Positions 27,361-37,224 of a stretch of DNA of 64,000 nt are shown piece by piece. The stretch is taken from positions 175,223 to 239,222 of IMG/VR virus record IMGVR_UViG_3300000976_000008. One strand, given 5' to 3'. Origin of the DNA: a virus. Lineage: Duplodnaviria; Heunggongvirae; Uroviricota; Caudoviricetes. The position numbers and the translations under genes are program-made. The notes below the pieces were generated by a model that saw only the letters and a list, made by a program, of their open reading frames with translations, did no database searches and was not told the origin of the DNA. Each line of letters starts with the position of its first letter. The first letter of the stretch is position 1.

Positions 27361-27752
27361 GGTTGTTCTAGTCTGTCACATTTTTCGCGTTCTCGTCCGA
27401 TTTCTTCTTCGAGTTGTGCGATAATCTGTTCTGGGAACTCAGGATCTGCTATACAAAAGATCTTTGGTATATCCTCAATCGCTGGTAGTTGGCCCGGTCC
27501 TGTCAACGTCCAAGAGGGCTTTTCGAATTCGTCAACGTACGTTATTTTGACACCTTCAATCAATAGTCTCTTCTGGATATAAGTGGGAACCTCCGCCGAA
27601 TTGGGATTAATCGCCCAAAGCTCTAGAATATAGTGTTCCGGTGTGACATTATAAACGGAAGGTATCAGGTTCGTACTGCAGATATAACGGTTGTTGAAGT
27701 GCCTATCGATGGCTTGCTTCAAGAGCTTGAGTGCTGCTTCTTCTGCGTTCAT
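27357..27752 (-). CDS. Family B small protein
   Basis: FCIADPEFPEQI. Confidence 0.85.
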   Translation of the reverse strand: MNAEEAALKLLKQAIDRHFNNRYICSTNLIPSVYNVTPEHYILELWAINPNSAEVPTYIQKRLLIEGVKITYVDEFEKPSWTLTGPGQLPAIEDIPKIFCIADPEFPEQIIAQLEEEIGREREKCDRLEQP

Positions 27753-27759
27753 TTAGAAA

Positions 27760-27786
27760 TGTTGCAAAGAGATATATGTGCGTTAA
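27760..27786 (-). promoter_or_regulatory. Core promoter-like motif
   Basis: TGTTGCAA-N14-GTTAA. Confidence 0.6.
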
Positions 27787-27805
27787 TTAGAGTTGTAGAA
27801 AATCC

Positions 27806-28051
27806 TCATTCTTCGATGTCTGTTATGATCGTTACATGAGTTGTTGTTTTACGTTCATGTATGACCTTATATTCAATACCGTTGTGGAGAAGCCTATGAT
27901 CTTTGACTAACACTAATTGTGTCTCATCAGTATCTGGCGTTATTTCAACTCTTGTTAAACGCCACAGAAGTGCTGGTTGGAGAATTGTGCTACTAAGGGG
28001 TCTGTGTCCAGTAGACTTCTTTTCACGGAACTCGTAGATTTCGATTTTCAG
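27806..28051 (-). CDS. Family A protein lacking a canonical start (not in ORF track)
   Basis: IYEF..WRLTRVEITPDT..LLHNGIEYKV; possible CTG start. Confidence 0.55.
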   Translation of the reverse strand: MKIEIYEFREKKSTGHRPLSSTILQPALLWRLTRVEITPDTDETQLVLVKDHRLLHNGIEYKVIHERKTTTHVTIITDIEE

Positions 28052-28283
28052 GCTCCATCATAGTTATTATCGTCCTCGTAACTAATGACGTTTCAGCGTC
28101 GAAAACGATTCTGTAATCTTGGTCTTGATGGGTGAAATACTCTTCGCTAATCAAGACCAGATCTTCTGTGGCGGGAGTTATCTCAGTTTGTTGAACAAAC
28201 CATCTTAAGACTGGCACAATTGCGGAGTTAGGACAACAACGATGACTCGACTCGACCTTCTCTATCAGCTGGTAGATTTCCAC
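28023..28283 (-). CDS. Family A small protein
   Basis: EITPAT..FTHQDQDYRI. Confidence 0.8.
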   Translation of the reverse strand: MEIYQLIEKVESSHRCCPNSAIVPVLRWFVQQTEITPATEDLVLISEEYFTHQDQDYRIVFDAETSLVTRTIITMMEPENRNLRVP

Positions 28284-28358
28284 AGATCTATCCGTTCTGC
28301 CAACTTGTTGACCAATTTGGGACTCTCACCAGTTCTCAGCCAGGCCTGCGTCGTCATA

Positions 28359-28619
28359 CTAATCTGGAGACCTGTTGGTGACGATTAAAAGGATTCTTTC
28401 TTCACCGTTGACCATAGAGCCATGTTCAAGAATCTTGTAAGTTTTGCTATCATGCGTCAGTGTTTTCCGTCGATCCATGATAACGACACGATCAAGATTC
28501 ATATTAGGATCAGCTTCAAGTTCTACAAGCTCCCATTTAATCGCTTTTTGCTTGATGTAGTCGATATTCAATTGCCGCATTGTTTCGTGACGATATCTGA
28601 TTCTAAAAAGGTCTGTCAT
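28359..28619 (-). CDS. Family A small protein
   Basis: KWEL..TLTHDSKTYKI. Confidence 0.8.
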   Translation of the reverse strand: MTDLFRIRYRHETMRQLNIDYIKQKAIKWELVELEADPNMNLDRVVIMDRRKTLTHDSKTYKILEHGSMVNGEERILLIVTNRSPD

Positions 28620-28625
28620 GTTTCT

Positions 28626-29000
28626 TCAGACCTCTCTGTAATATTCGTTGATACTGTCAATCCACCGATTTCTATCGGCAGCGTGATGTTTTGTCTCAAA
28701 TCCAACAGAATACTTTACGTCGTGTATTATAGGATTAACATGATCTAAAAGGCCAATAGTACCGTCTGGGAAGTGAAGACTTCCGTTGGCATAGAGAAGA
28801 CCCATTCTAGCATCTGGACCAGTGAAAACGAATCTCTTAGTGTCAGGGTTCTCGATACCTTCTTTGGTGACAATGATCTCCAACATGGTCCTCTCCGATT
28901 CAGAGTGAATAGTCAAGTGTTCACTAGGAATCTTGCCATAGACATAAACACCGACTGGGTGGAGCAGAATCTTCCATGGAGTCAGCGTTGGTTGTGACAT
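28626..29000 (-). CDS. Family A-like protein
   Basis: EGIENPDT. Confidence 0.7.
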   Translation of the reverse strand: MSQPTLTPWKILLHPVGVYVYGKIPSEHLTIHSESERTMLEIIVTKEGIENPDTKRFVFTGPDARMGLLYANGSLHFPDGTIGLLDHVNPIIHDVKYSVGFETKHHAADRNRWIDSINEYYREV

Positions 29001-29335
29001 GACTGTGTCAATCTTTTCAACTTTTCAGCGATTTGCTCTGGGAAATCAGGATCTGAAATGTGATAGTGAAACTCTCGAATCGGATCTACGGTCTCAGAAA
29101 TGGAAAGAGTGATCGTCCAAACTAGATCTTCGTCATTATGGTCGATGTAAAAGAAAGTTGTTCGGCCTAACTTAGTGATATGCCCAACGATGTCTAGCTT
29201 CGGATCTTGGTGGGCGACCATTGTTTTGATGAATTTCTGATCCAAAGCATCGATAATCAATCTATTGAGAGCCTGCTTTGTCTTTGGATTTGTTGGAGGC
29301 TCAATATCGATCGGTTCAAACATCTTCAAGCTCAA
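28982..29335 (-). CDS. Family B small protein
   Basis: YHISDPDFPEQI. Confidence 0.8.
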   Translation of the reverse strand: MSLKMFEPIDIEPPTNPKTKQALNRLIIDALDQKFIKTMVAHQDPKLDIVGHITKLGRTTFFYIDHNDEDLVWTITLSISETVDPIREFHYHISDPDFPEQIAEKLKRLTQSCHNQR

Positions 29336-29561
29336 TTTGTCTTGGTTCTGATTTGATGCTAGTGATAAATGTCGCAGTCGGCGTGTTCGGATTGAACTCT
29401 ATAAGGAATTCGAAACCGCAATGATAAAGATGCCTTTCATTTTTATCAACCAAGACTATCTCTTTTTCTTCTGTTTCTGGGGTTATTTCCCCACCTTCTG
29501 TAAGATTCCAAACAATACGTTCTATTCCAGAGTGTCTATTATCTAACGTGAAGATTTTCAC
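29316..29561 (-). CDS. Family A small protein
   Basis: Trimmed GTG start; WNL..EITPET. Confidence 0.75.
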   Translation of the reverse strand: MKIFTLDNRHSGIERIVWNLTEGGEITPETEEKEIVLVDKNERHLYHCGFEFLIEFNPNTPTATFITSIKSEPRQIELEDV

Positions 29562-29902
29562 TGTTTTACCCACTCTCCTGAAACCCATTTCCATTCGAGC
29601 TTCATTATTTCGTCTACACGTTCTAGAATGTTCTCGATGAGATTTGGATCGCTCATCGGGAAGTGATGGCGAGTGATCTCTTTGTTGAAAAGGATGCCGG
29701 TTATTGGCACTTCGTCTGGGTTTCTTTGTTCTTGTGGGTGGTCGATCCAATAGAGATCATTGTGCCAATAGAACTCAATGTATGTGATATATGAAAGATG
29801 CCGCCTATCGCCTTCGGGAACAGTTGCGATATTAGCTGTTACTACAGTCAGCCGGTTATAAATGGCTGACTGTAGACTTTGGTGAAAGTCTGCTACGTCC
29901 AT
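29558..29902 (-). CDS. Family B small protein
   Basis: YWIDHP; FPMSDPNL. Confidence 0.8.
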   Translation of the reverse strand: MDVADFHQSLQSAIYNRLTVVTANIATVPEGDRRHLSYITYIEFYWHNDLYWIDHPQEQRNPDEVPITGILFNKEITRHHFPMSDPNLIENILERVDEIMKLEWKWVSGEWVKQ

Positions 29903-29981
29903 GAGGAATCGAATGCGTATAAAAGACTGTTGAACTCAGACAAGAATTCTTTCAGAACCGGGTGGATGTCCTCTTCTTTGA

Positions 29982-30233
29982 CTAACATCTCGGCTTAACA
30001 TCCGTATAAATTGTAACATCGGGGCTAAATCCGACGATTTCAAAAAGTTCATAATCCTTATTATTGTAAGTAAGAAAACCACCGGCAACAACAACTGTCC
30101 CTTCTGGTTCTATGTCAGGTGTCACTTCGATCTCGTAGAGTTTCCATTTCGTCGCTGGTGTGCTTAGCTCCTTAATATTTTGAAAGTTAGGCCAATTGAC
30201 GTTCGAACGTCTTAATAATCGGTAAAAGATCAT
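29982..30233 (-). CDS. Family A small protein
   Basis: WKL..EVTPD..LTYNNKDY. Confidence 0.8.
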   Translation of the reverse strand: MIFYRLLRRSNVNWPNFQNIKELSTPATKWKLYEIEVTPDIEPEGTVVVAGGFLTYNNKDYELFEIVGFSPDVTIYTDVKPRC

Positions 30234-30793
30234 GACCGACGAAGTCTCGCTGTTATGTCTGCTCTTATTTTTCGCAGGCTGTCGGGATCAGCAAGCTCAA
30301 AGACTTTCAAAGAACTAATCGGTTCATCGTGCGTTTGCACTTTGATAGTCCCAGCGTGTGTGTCATAAGTGACGCTTATTCGGTCTGGTCGGTGTCGGTA
30401 TCTCTCATATCTATATTCTTTGCCTTTGATTATCGTTGCCCGATGACGACTCGCGGTATGATAAGTCTTGATTATCGTATGCCTGGAAGGTACTTGTTCG
30501 AGCAGCATCACCAGAACTGGATGGGGTTCTTTACGAAGCTGGTGGAATGGTGACTCTGGATTGATGTTGGTAACAAAGCTGGATTCGTCGTTGTTCTCAC
30601 CATTTCCGCTCGAACTAGCATTGATGCTATATTCGAGGTTCATATGACTCAAAATATTTCTCTTGGTGTCTACAAGTACGACTCTATTCACGTTGGTGCT
30701 GGGATCTACTTCGCCTTGGTCGACAATCCACACGATCCTCTCGTATTCCGAGATTTTGTTTCTGTCAATAATACGATATACTTCAACAGCCAT
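30230..30793 (-). CDS. Family A-family B fusion protein
   Basis: N-terminal EVDPST..LSH; C-terminal FELADPDSL. Confidence 0.8.
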   Translation of the reverse strand: MAVEVYRIIDRNKISEYERIVWIVDQGEVDPSTNVNRVVLVDTKRNILSHMNLEYSINASSSGNGENNDESSFVTNINPESPFHQLRKEPHPVLVMLLEQVPSRHTIIKTYHTASRHRATIIKGKEYRYERYRHRPDRISVTYDTHAGTIKVQTHDEPISSLKVFELADPDSLRKIRADITARLRRS

Positions 30794-30986
30794 GCTTACT
30801 CATCCTAATTGCCCACCGTAACGCTGCCTCCGATTCAATTAACTTCTGCAACTCATTAGCACTCGTTCGCCCGTACCAATCGACCAATTGCCTCTTTACA
30901 GAATTGTAATCGATTTGGGTTTCGTGATGAATAGCCAGGACCCAAGATTTCAACTCTTCGTCACTTACTTCTTGTAGAGGTCGCAT
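30783..30986 (-). CDS. Hypothetical protein
   Basis: ORF. Confidence 0.7.
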   Translation of the reverse strand: MRPLQEVSDEELKSWVLAIHHETQIDYNSVKRQLVDWYGRTSANELQKLIESEAALRWAIRMSKHGC

Positions 30987-31291
30987 AATTCGATGACCTT
31001 ATCGCGGATCTTTTCTGGGAATGATGGGTCGCTTATATCAAAGAAGATTATGTCACATTCGTAAGCTTCTGGCCAATCTCTGATTGAGAAGGGAATCCTG
31101 TTCGGTCTGTCTTCGTTATGCTCTCTGGGATTGTCGATCTGATAATTCTTACCACGATAGTTGAATGAAACAAAATCGTTGTAAGGGAGGTAGCTTCCTG
31201 AGAAAACGTGGTGTTTATCTGCTTTCACTTCTTCTGGTAGGTGTTTTAAGATGAGTTCCTGAATCATTTCGTGTAATTCAGTCGTCGTCAT
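30965..31291 (-). CDS. Family B small protein
   Basis: FDISDPSFPEKI. Confidence 0.85.
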   Translation of the reverse strand: MTTTELHEMIQELILKHLPEEVKADKHHVFSGSYLPYNDFVSFNYRGKNYQIDNPREHNEDRPNRIPFSIRDWPEAYECDIIFFDISDPSFPEKIRDKVIELCDLYKK

Positions 31292-31610
31292 AACCCCTGA
31301 CTCTTGCTGTTGACGTGATATAAATCCTGTTGCCTTTCTTATCGGTGTCGATTCTTGCCACTACATAATCAACGTCCATATGAGTCAGGATTGGATTGTG
31401 AATTTTAGAATTGCCAGTTATGATGACCATTCTCTCTGGATCTAACGGAGTATCGGGTGTGATCTCAACATCGCTAGTCTTCCAACAGAAAACGGTCCCA
31501 TAATGTCTCTTGCGTTTGCGTTTACTCTTCAAACGAAGGAATTCGTGTGACCCGGTTGCCCGTGCTCTCGCTCTCTTGTTGGCGTACATGTTCTTCACAT
31601 GATTATTCAT
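31278..31610 (-). CDS. Family A small protein
   Basis: EITPDT..LTHMDVDY. Confidence 0.8.
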   Translation of the reverse strand: MNNHVKNMYANKRARARATGSHEFLRLKSKRKRKRHYGTVFCWKTSDVEITPDTPLDPERMVIITGNSKIHNPILTHMDVDYVVARIDTDKKGNRIYITSTARVRGYDDD

Positions 31611-32067
31611 CGACTCTGTTCGTTATGAAGACCACTTCACCAAGAGGTAAAATCCCTCTAGTGATGATTGGATAGTCAACGCCTCTAGAAGAAAGGGTGA
31701 ATTCATTTTTATCGACGAGAACTAGCTCCTGAACCGACATTTCTGGGGAGAAATCTTTAGCCAATCGCAATTCCCACCGAATTGCATCTGTGCCACCGTA
31801 GTTAAAGTCAAGTTTTCTTTGTTCAACGTAGACTAACACTTGATTATCGAATCTGGGAAGCTTGGGTCTTTTGGATCGTGTTGCGTGATAATCACACCTT
31901 CTACCGCAAATTACTGCTTTAGTTGTGTCTCCCAAGTAATTCTTGGATTCTTTCGAAGATGAGTTCGGGAAATTGCGGATTACCGGCGTCAAAATACTCG
32001 ATTGCGACCTCAGATTCTCGATTTGTTTGGAAGTAGCACAGAGGGATTCGATACGGTCTTTCATCAT
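31603..32067 (-). CDS. Family A protein (true start likely internal)
   Basis: RWEL..LVLVD..TLSSRGVDY. Confidence 0.6.
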   Translation of the reverse strand: MMKDRIESLCATSKQIENLRSQSSILTPVIRNFPNSSSKESKNYLGDTTKAVICGRRCDYHATRSKRPKLPRFDNQVLVYVEQRKLDFNYGGTDAIRWELRLAKDFSPEMSVQELVLVDKNEFTLSSRGVDYPIITRGILPLGEVVFITNRVDE

Positions 32068-32224
32068 CGTATTGTCTTGGGTGATCGATCCAATAAGTGA
32101 TTCCCCTGTACTCGAAATGGATATGGGTCGTGTGGGCGTCTACTCTCTTCAGAGCTAACCCCAAGACTTCAGGAAGATGCTCCAAAATTAACTCTTGTAC
32201 AGCTGTGTGGAAGCCCTGATTCAT
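31919..32224 (-). CDS. Family B small protein
   Basis: Trimmed start; YWIDHP; FDAGNPQFPELI. Confidence 0.8.
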   Translation of the reverse strand: MNQGFHTAVQELILEHLPEVLGLALKRVDAHTTHIHFEYRGITYWIDHPRQYDDERPYRIPLCYFQTNRESEVAIEYFDAGNPQFPELIFERIQELLGRHN

Positions 32225-32880
32225 TTCTGGATTTCCGGCTCCGGCTCCGGCTCTCTCTCCGTCATGCTCTCCGCCATACTCTCCGAGGCTTTCCTTTGGT
32301 CTTCCTTGGCCTCTAGCCATCCTTTGTGCCATCGAACCCGGTCAGGCTCGTAACTGTACGGGTTGGCTTCCGGTGACGTCTCGTGAGATCCGCTCTTGTA
32401 GCCGAGAACGTAAGATTCGGTCTGAGTTAGAGGAATTGGTGAGATAGGTTCAGGTCCCGCTTGCATGATGAAGAAGATCGCCCCTATAGCAATCAGGAGG
32501 ATAATTCCTGCAATACTTAGGATTGTTGATAGTTTTGGTGGTGTAGCATCGGAATCGTGTGGCATTATTCTTCCTTTCAGCTTTTTCAAGTAGTCTGTTT
32601 CGTCGTCGTTATTGGTTCTTTTGGTGACGACTTCGGTATAGTAAGCTCTCTTTTTCGTTCCGATGACTTTAAATTCTCGGTCATCATGTGTGATTGTGGC
32701 TAATCTTCGACCCTTCTTCAAATCAACATAATGAAGCAAGGCCATTTCTTTCTCGGGAGTGTCAGGTGTTATTTCTTGATCGTCGAGTTCCCAGATAATC
32801 GCAGGAACTGGTCCAATCATTGTGCTGTGGCTGGATTGATGGAGTGTTTCGTTTCTTCTTATAACTCTTTTGATGATCAT
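32221..32880 (-). CDS. Family A domain + TM + RMF-like motif
   Basis: EITPDT; TM; GYKSG..NPY..WHKGW. Confidence 0.7.
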   Translation of the reverse strand: MIIKRVIRRNETLHQSSHSTMIGPVPAIIWELDDQEITPDTPEKEMALLHYVDLKKGRRLATITHDDREFKVIGTKKRAYYTEVVTKRTNNDDETDYLKKLKGRIMPHDSDATPPKLSTILSIAGIILLIAIGAIFFIMQAGPEPISPIPLTQTESYVLGYKSGSHETSPEANPYSYEPDRVRWHKGWLEAKEDQRKASESMAESMTEREPEPEPEIQK

Positions 32881-32898
32881 TATGGCACGTGTAAACCG

Positions 32899-33138
32899 TT
32901 AATTCTGTTTCCATTCTTTCGGTTTATGGAACAGACCAATTTGGACTATCTTCTCACACTTGTCGCACTCCGCGTAGACTTGGACGTGTTCACGTCCGAT
33001 TCCATCAGTATGGCCTCTCTTCTGAACTTTGAAGTAAGGATAACCGTTCTGATATCCAGTGAATTCGTGTTGACATTCTTTCGGGCGTCTTTTCTTAGAC
33101 GAAAGTGATAGAACTCTTTTAATTAGTCGGAGCATCAT
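32899..33138 (-). CDS. Small zinc-ribbon protein
   Basis: CQH...CDKC. Confidence 0.7.
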   Translation of the reverse strand: MMLRLIKRVLSLSSKKRRPKECQHEFTGYQNGYPYFKVQKRGHTDGIGREHVQVYAECDKCEKIVQIGLFHKPKEWKQN

Positions 33139-33290
33139 TCTTCCAGAAATTCGTTGATTTGTTGGATGATCATCGTGAAAGAAGTCCTAGCAGCACTTGG
33201 TGTATCCTTGATTTCTTCAAATCCTTCTTTGGCCCATTTGAGGATAAGTTGCAGTTCTTCTCGACTCATGTGTCTAATACTTCCGAGAGA

Positions 33291-33632
33291 TTAATTCTGA
33301 TTATTCTTCCAAGTCCGGATATAACCCCATCGAGCTTTTCTTGATCCTCGAAGCCCATTCTTATCTGCGGCGATTATCTGATACTCTTCATCGAGATATG
33401 TGAGAGTCACGTACTCATCATCTTCGATTGTAAGAATGATGATATGGTGTTCTGGAGTTTGAGGCGTTATCGCACCGAGATTGTCGATTGCCCATTCATA
33501 ACGCATCTGAGGATCTTTGATATCGATACTCTCATTGTACGTTGTGGGATTATCCGAGTAATCGCATAGAACTAGGTATTCTTGTCGAATCTCAGTCATA
33601 GCGATGGGTGTCCACGCATACCGATAGTCCAT
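33291..33632 (-). CDS. Family A small protein
   Basis: AITPQT..LTYLDEEYQI. Confidence 0.75.
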   Translation of the reverse strand: MDYRYAWTPIAMTEIRQEYLVLCDYSDNPTTYNESIDIKDPQMRYEWAIDNLGAITPQTPEHHIIILTIEDDEYVTLTYLDEEYQIIAADKNGLRGSRKARWGYIRTWKNNQN

Positions 33633-33676
33633 TGAAGCCGCAGATATCGTTCGGGAGAAGTATCCCGCTCGGCAGA

Positions 33677-34360
33677 TTAGACACTCCAGATCTCACTACC
33701 ATCGGTCATCGCGTGCATGTCGAACGCACCGTCTTCGAGTTCGTCGTGGTTGTCCTGCAAATGAGGGATCACACTATCCATCAACACGGTGGCGAGTTCA
33801 TCCGCTGTCATTTCAAAGTATCGTTTTCGATGGTTCGGACCACCCAAGATCTCTTCTTCCAATGCTTCACGGAGGTAGCTGGTGTCATCATTCGATCTGA
33901 GAGAGTAATTGACCCAATTGCTCATAACTTGGAAGAGAACTTCACCTGGAGTGCTGAAGCCAACTCTGTTTACCGACGCCCAAGCCAAAATACCTTCTTT
34001 CGTCACTGGGTCATCTGGTGTGATGTTCTCCAGACTGAAGTACCAATCATCATTCGGAGAATCAGCAGTCCATGAGAACGTCTCTTCAACTGACGTCATA
34101 CTGTCGTCGTAATTTTCCTGATGTATCCAGAAATCGTAGAAGTTAGAAGCCATATCCCGAACGAACTGCTCTTGATCCGCGTTCGGTGTGGTACTCTTGA
34201 GGAAGATCGCTTTGAGCAATTCTTTCACAGCATCGGCTACGTGATAACTTGTGAAACTGTCGATATCAAACAGGTTCACACGGGGCTTCATTTGATCTTT
34301 TGGAGTCCGAACAACTCGTAGCACGTATCGAGTAGCTGGTGTTGTGGAAGTTGTCGCCAT
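33677..34360 (-). CDS. Hypothetical protein (acidic)
   Basis: 227 aa, preceded by motif at 34395. Confidence 0.8.
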   Translation of the reverse strand: MATTSTTPATRYVLRVVRTPKDQMKPRVNLFDIDSFTSYHVADAVKELLKAIFLKSTTPNADQEQFVRDMASNFYDFWIHQENYDDSMTSVEETFSWTADSPNDDWYFSLENITPDDPVTKEGILAWASVNRVGFSTPGEVLFQVMSNWVNYSLRSNDDTSYLREALEEEILGGPNHRKRYFEMTADELATVLMDSVIPHLQDNHDELEDGAFDMHAMTDGSEIWSV

Positions 34361-34394
34361 GTGACAATTCCCCCAACCAGGATCGATACCAAGT

Positions 34395-34420
34395 TGTTGC
34401 GAGAGGGGATTCCCCGTTAA
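34395..34420 (-). promoter_or_regulatory. Core motif copy
   Basis: TGTTGCGA-N13-GTTAA. Confidence 0.75.
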
Positions 34421-34425
34421 ATCCC

Positions 34426-34836
34426 CTATACAACCTTTTTCCGGCTTTCGTAGTTGGCTTTGAGAGCGACGAAATCGCCGATCTTGAAGTCAAGCAATTC
34501 GGGATCTGTTGCAGAGATCACAGCACCGAGAATCTGTAACTGCGATTCTGCAGGCAGCTTCATGAAGTTGACTTTCTGTCGAAGTTCTCCACCCAACGAA
34601 AGAGTGATCGCGTTGATCAAGTTAGGAAGCTTGACCTTGTCACCCTTTCCGAGGTATCCGGTGAAGTTGTCGCAAGGAATCTCTTGCCAGCCAGCTTTGG
34701 TGATGTTGAGACGAGATGTAGCGACTTTGACGCAAAGACAACTTTCGACGAATCGAATCTCTGTCCACTGGATCTTAAGTGCTGCTTCACCGAATCCTTT
34801 GAACTTCTTCTGTCGTTTCTCTCTTGAACGTTTCAT
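34426..34836 (-). CDS. Hypothetical protein
   Basis: ORF. Confidence 0.75.
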   Translation of the reverse strand: MKRSREKRQKKFKGFGEAALKIQWTEIRFVESCLCVKVATSRLNITKAGWQEIPCDNFTGYLGKGDKVKLPNLINAITLSLGGELRQKVNFMKLPAESQLQILGAVISATDPELLDFKIGDFVALKANYESRKKVV

Positions 34837-35324
34837 TACTTCTCCTGTGGGGGCCAGAGGGTTTCGTTGCCTGCAATTGGTAAACCGTTGAGATCTGCGG
34901 ATTCCGCTTGCGATCCCGACAAATCCACCGTAGGGATTCCAAGTCGTTTAGGGACGTCTGACTTTCTCAATTTTCGAGGGATTCCTCGAACTGATTTGGT
35001 CGCCGTCTTCCTGTTATTGTTGACTGCGATGCTTCCTACCGGGTGTCCGTTGTTGTTGATCCTGACGCCGATGAAGAATCGAACAACCTTGTCGTCTAAC
35101 AAGGAGACTTCAATATCGGCAACGTTGGCATCGGTGCCTGCCCCACACATTGATTCGACTTGGTTTCCGTCGATCTTGATGAAAGGGACGTCGCGAGCAG
35201 ATTCGATCTCGACTGTAGTAGAATCGAGAAAATCTGCGATTGGATCTAAGATCTGAGCGAGAGCATCGTCTTCGCCATCCGCTAGGCTTCGGAGAGTTTC
35301 GGCGTGGGTGCGTGCTTGATTCAT
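34836..35324 (-). CDS. Hypothetical protein
   Basis: ORF after motif at 35360. Confidence 0.8.
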   Translation of the reverse strand: MNQARTHAETLRSLADGEDDALAQILDPIADFLDSTTVEIESARDVPFIKIDGNQVESMCGAGTDANVADIEVSLLDDKVVRFFIGVRINNNGHPVGSIAVNNNRKTATKSVRGIPRKLRKSDVPKRLGIPTVDLSGSQAESADLNGLPIAGNETLWPPQEK

Positions 35325-35340
35325 TGATTTGTCCTACCTA

Positions 35341-35385
35341 GGGGAATTGTCTACCTTAGTGTTGCGAGAGAGAATCCCCCGTTAA
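35341..35385 (-). promoter_or_regulatory. Motif copy with partial hairpin
   Basis: GGGGAATTGTCT..TGTTGCGA-N13-GTTAA. Confidence 0.75.
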
Positions 35386-35900
35386 TTCGAGCCTGGACGG
35401 GATTCAAGCTTGAAACTGCCGATATGGTTCGGGAACCAGTATGCACCACCTTCAGTGTACACGTAGTTACCGTGTAGCCAATCTTCTTCCAAGGCAAAAC
35501 CATAGATCTTTTGACCTTTGAACACAACACCATATTCATTCGTGAACGTGACGACGTCACCAGCCTCAAATGGGCATCCCTCAGGCGGGACAGTTGTGTA
35601 ATGATCAGGCTCAAGACGAACTCGATTCATGCGTGGGATTACTGAATCCGCAATTTCACGCAATCGGGTTAGCAAGAGGTCAGCATTGGCTCGCCACTCT
35701 TCAGCAACAGCCGCTCCATCGAAACCAACCAAGAATTGTGCAATATCGTCAAGACTCGTGGCAGGTTGAACGGCTCCATCTGCAAGAATATGGAAGACTG
35801 GCTCATCACATTCTGCCACGACGACGAATTCATCGGTGGCGTGTGCCTGCCAGTGTGCTGGAAGAACTGCGTTCACTGCTTTTTCGATTTCCTGCAACAT
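35382..35900 (-). CDS. Cassette protein, paralog of 41921-42247
   Basis: EIE.A.N..LP.HW; stop in GTTAA box. Confidence 0.8.
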   Translation of the reverse strand: MLQEIEKAVNAVLPAHWQAHATDEFVVVAECDEPVFHILADGAVQPATSLDDIAQFLVGFDGAAVAEEWRANADLLLTRLREIADSVIPRMNRVRLEPDHYTTVPPEGCPFEAGDVVTFTNEYGVVFKGQKIYGFALEEDWLHGNYVYTEGGAYWFPNHIGSFKLESRPGSN

Positions 35901-35938
35901 CGGCAACTCCGGGGATTGGGGAGAATTGTCTACCAAAT

Positions 35939-35964
35939 TGTTGCAAGCGGGGATTCTCCGTTAA
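35939..35964 (-). promoter_or_regulatory. Core motif copy
   Basis: TGTTGCAA-N13-GTTAA. Confidence 0.75.
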
Positions 35965-35965
35965 A

Positions 35966-36526
35966 TCACTTCTCCATATCATCAGTCGTTTGTTTTGCGA
36001 TCTCTTCGAGGAAGAGACTTCCAATACGACCTTCGAAGCTATCGGGATCAAGAACGTCATCATTGAAAGTGGCTACATCTTCCAGCATTCCGTCAATTTC
36101 GTCTGAGAATTGATCGCCCAGCTTCCGACCAAGTTGTGCAAACTTTTCTTTGACGCGATCTCTGAAAGCTCTCTCGAAGTCATGTTGAAGACCACTTTGG
36201 CAACGATCGATAATTTGGCGTTTGAGGGTGATTAAACCCATCAACCGTCTCAATTCTGCGTCAACCACTGGACCGACGATTTCTTCGATCTTCTCCGCTG
36301 TCTTTCTCTTAATAAATCCATTCAGAGCTTCTTCCCGTTTCGAGAAGGTATCAACGTCGTAGCCGTTACCCATTCGTCGAACGCCAATAATCCCTATGAT
36401 TGCATTTTCAACGACATGCTCAACAGTCTTAGGGATCGCTCTCAATTGCTTCTCAAGTTCTAGCTCAACTTGATCCTTCAGTTTGGTCCGCAGAGCAGTT
36501 ACATTGACCTCTTGCTTTTCTACCAT
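35966..36526 (-). CDS. Helical protein, paralog of 57435-58004
   Basis: GIIG; DPDSFEG vs DPNSFDG. Confidence 0.8.
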   Translation of the reverse strand: MVEKQEVNVTALRTKLKDQVELELEKQLRAIPKTVEHVVENAIIGIIGVRRMGNGYDVDTFSKREEALNGFIKRKTAEKIEEIVGPVVDAELRRLMGLITLKRQIIDRCQSGLQHDFERAFRDRVKEKFAQLGRKLGDQFSDEIDGMLEDVATFNDDVLDPDSFEGRIGSLFLEEIAKQTTDDMEK

Positions 36527-36841
36527 TCAAACCTCCGCAATCGTATATTGCATCGTCTCAGATTCTGCAATCCAAGAGACATAACGAACATGATGCGGAC
36601 CGTTCGCACCATCTGAACAAGGAATCGAACCAGGCGATTCTTTCGAGCACTTTGAAGACAAGCACCCTTTAAAATCCAAAGTGCCGGAATCCAGAGTTTC
36701 AGCACGAGATTTGGCCACGTCTAAAGAGGGATAGAGACCAACAACCTCCAAAGTGGAAGTCACATCAATCATGCACCGAACCAAAACAACTTGCTTCTCA
36801 TCCACCAACTCGGTAGCATCCGCTCGTTTTTCCAAACTCAT
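36527..36841 (-). CDS. Hypothetical protein
   Basis: Trimmed start MSLEK. Confidence 0.65.
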   Translation of the reverse strand: MSLEKRADATELVDEKQVVLVRCMIDVTSTLEVVGLYPSLDVAKSRAETLDSGTLDFKGCLSSKCSKESPGSIPCSDGANGPHHVRYVSWIAESETMQYTIAEV

Positions 36842-36973
36842 CAATGGCTCCACCAGTGGCCAATAAACGGAACAAGTACCAAACCACTCCCAGCGACAAC
36901 GCCACACCACCAGATGATCTCAACAAACGATTCGCATGGCACAGGCATCACAAACTCCAAGAATTAAAAAGAA

Positions 36974-37064
36974 GAATCAAGAAAGAGGTATCGAAACCTC
37001 GAATCGCAGCCGACTCCACGGAGATAATCTCTGGCCGTACCCAACCCGCCTAGTTTCTTGATTC
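36974..37064 (-). ncRNA. Degenerate tRNA-like element
   Basis: 11-bp closing stem GAATCAAGAAA/TTTCTTGATTC; T-arm-like GAGGT-TTCGAT-ACCTC. Confidence 0.4.
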
Positions 37065-37073
37065 AGAACGGTG

Positions 37074-37211
37074 CAGTGAGTCAGGGTTTCGAACCCCGTT
37101 CTCCTACCACTCCCGCGATCCAGACTGATCTACCAGACTGTGCAACAAGATGAGGAACTATTAGAATCATCCCTCTGAGTAGGCGACTTAACCACATAAG
37201 TCTAACTCACC
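37074..37211 (-). tRNA. tRNA-like RNA with ~70-nt insert in the anticodon loop
   Basis: Acceptor GGTGAGT/ACTCACT; D stem GACT/AGTC; CCTAC/GTAGG; T arm CGGGG-TTCGAAA-CCCTG. Confidence 0.6.
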
Positions 37212-37224
37212 ATGTATCAAAAAG

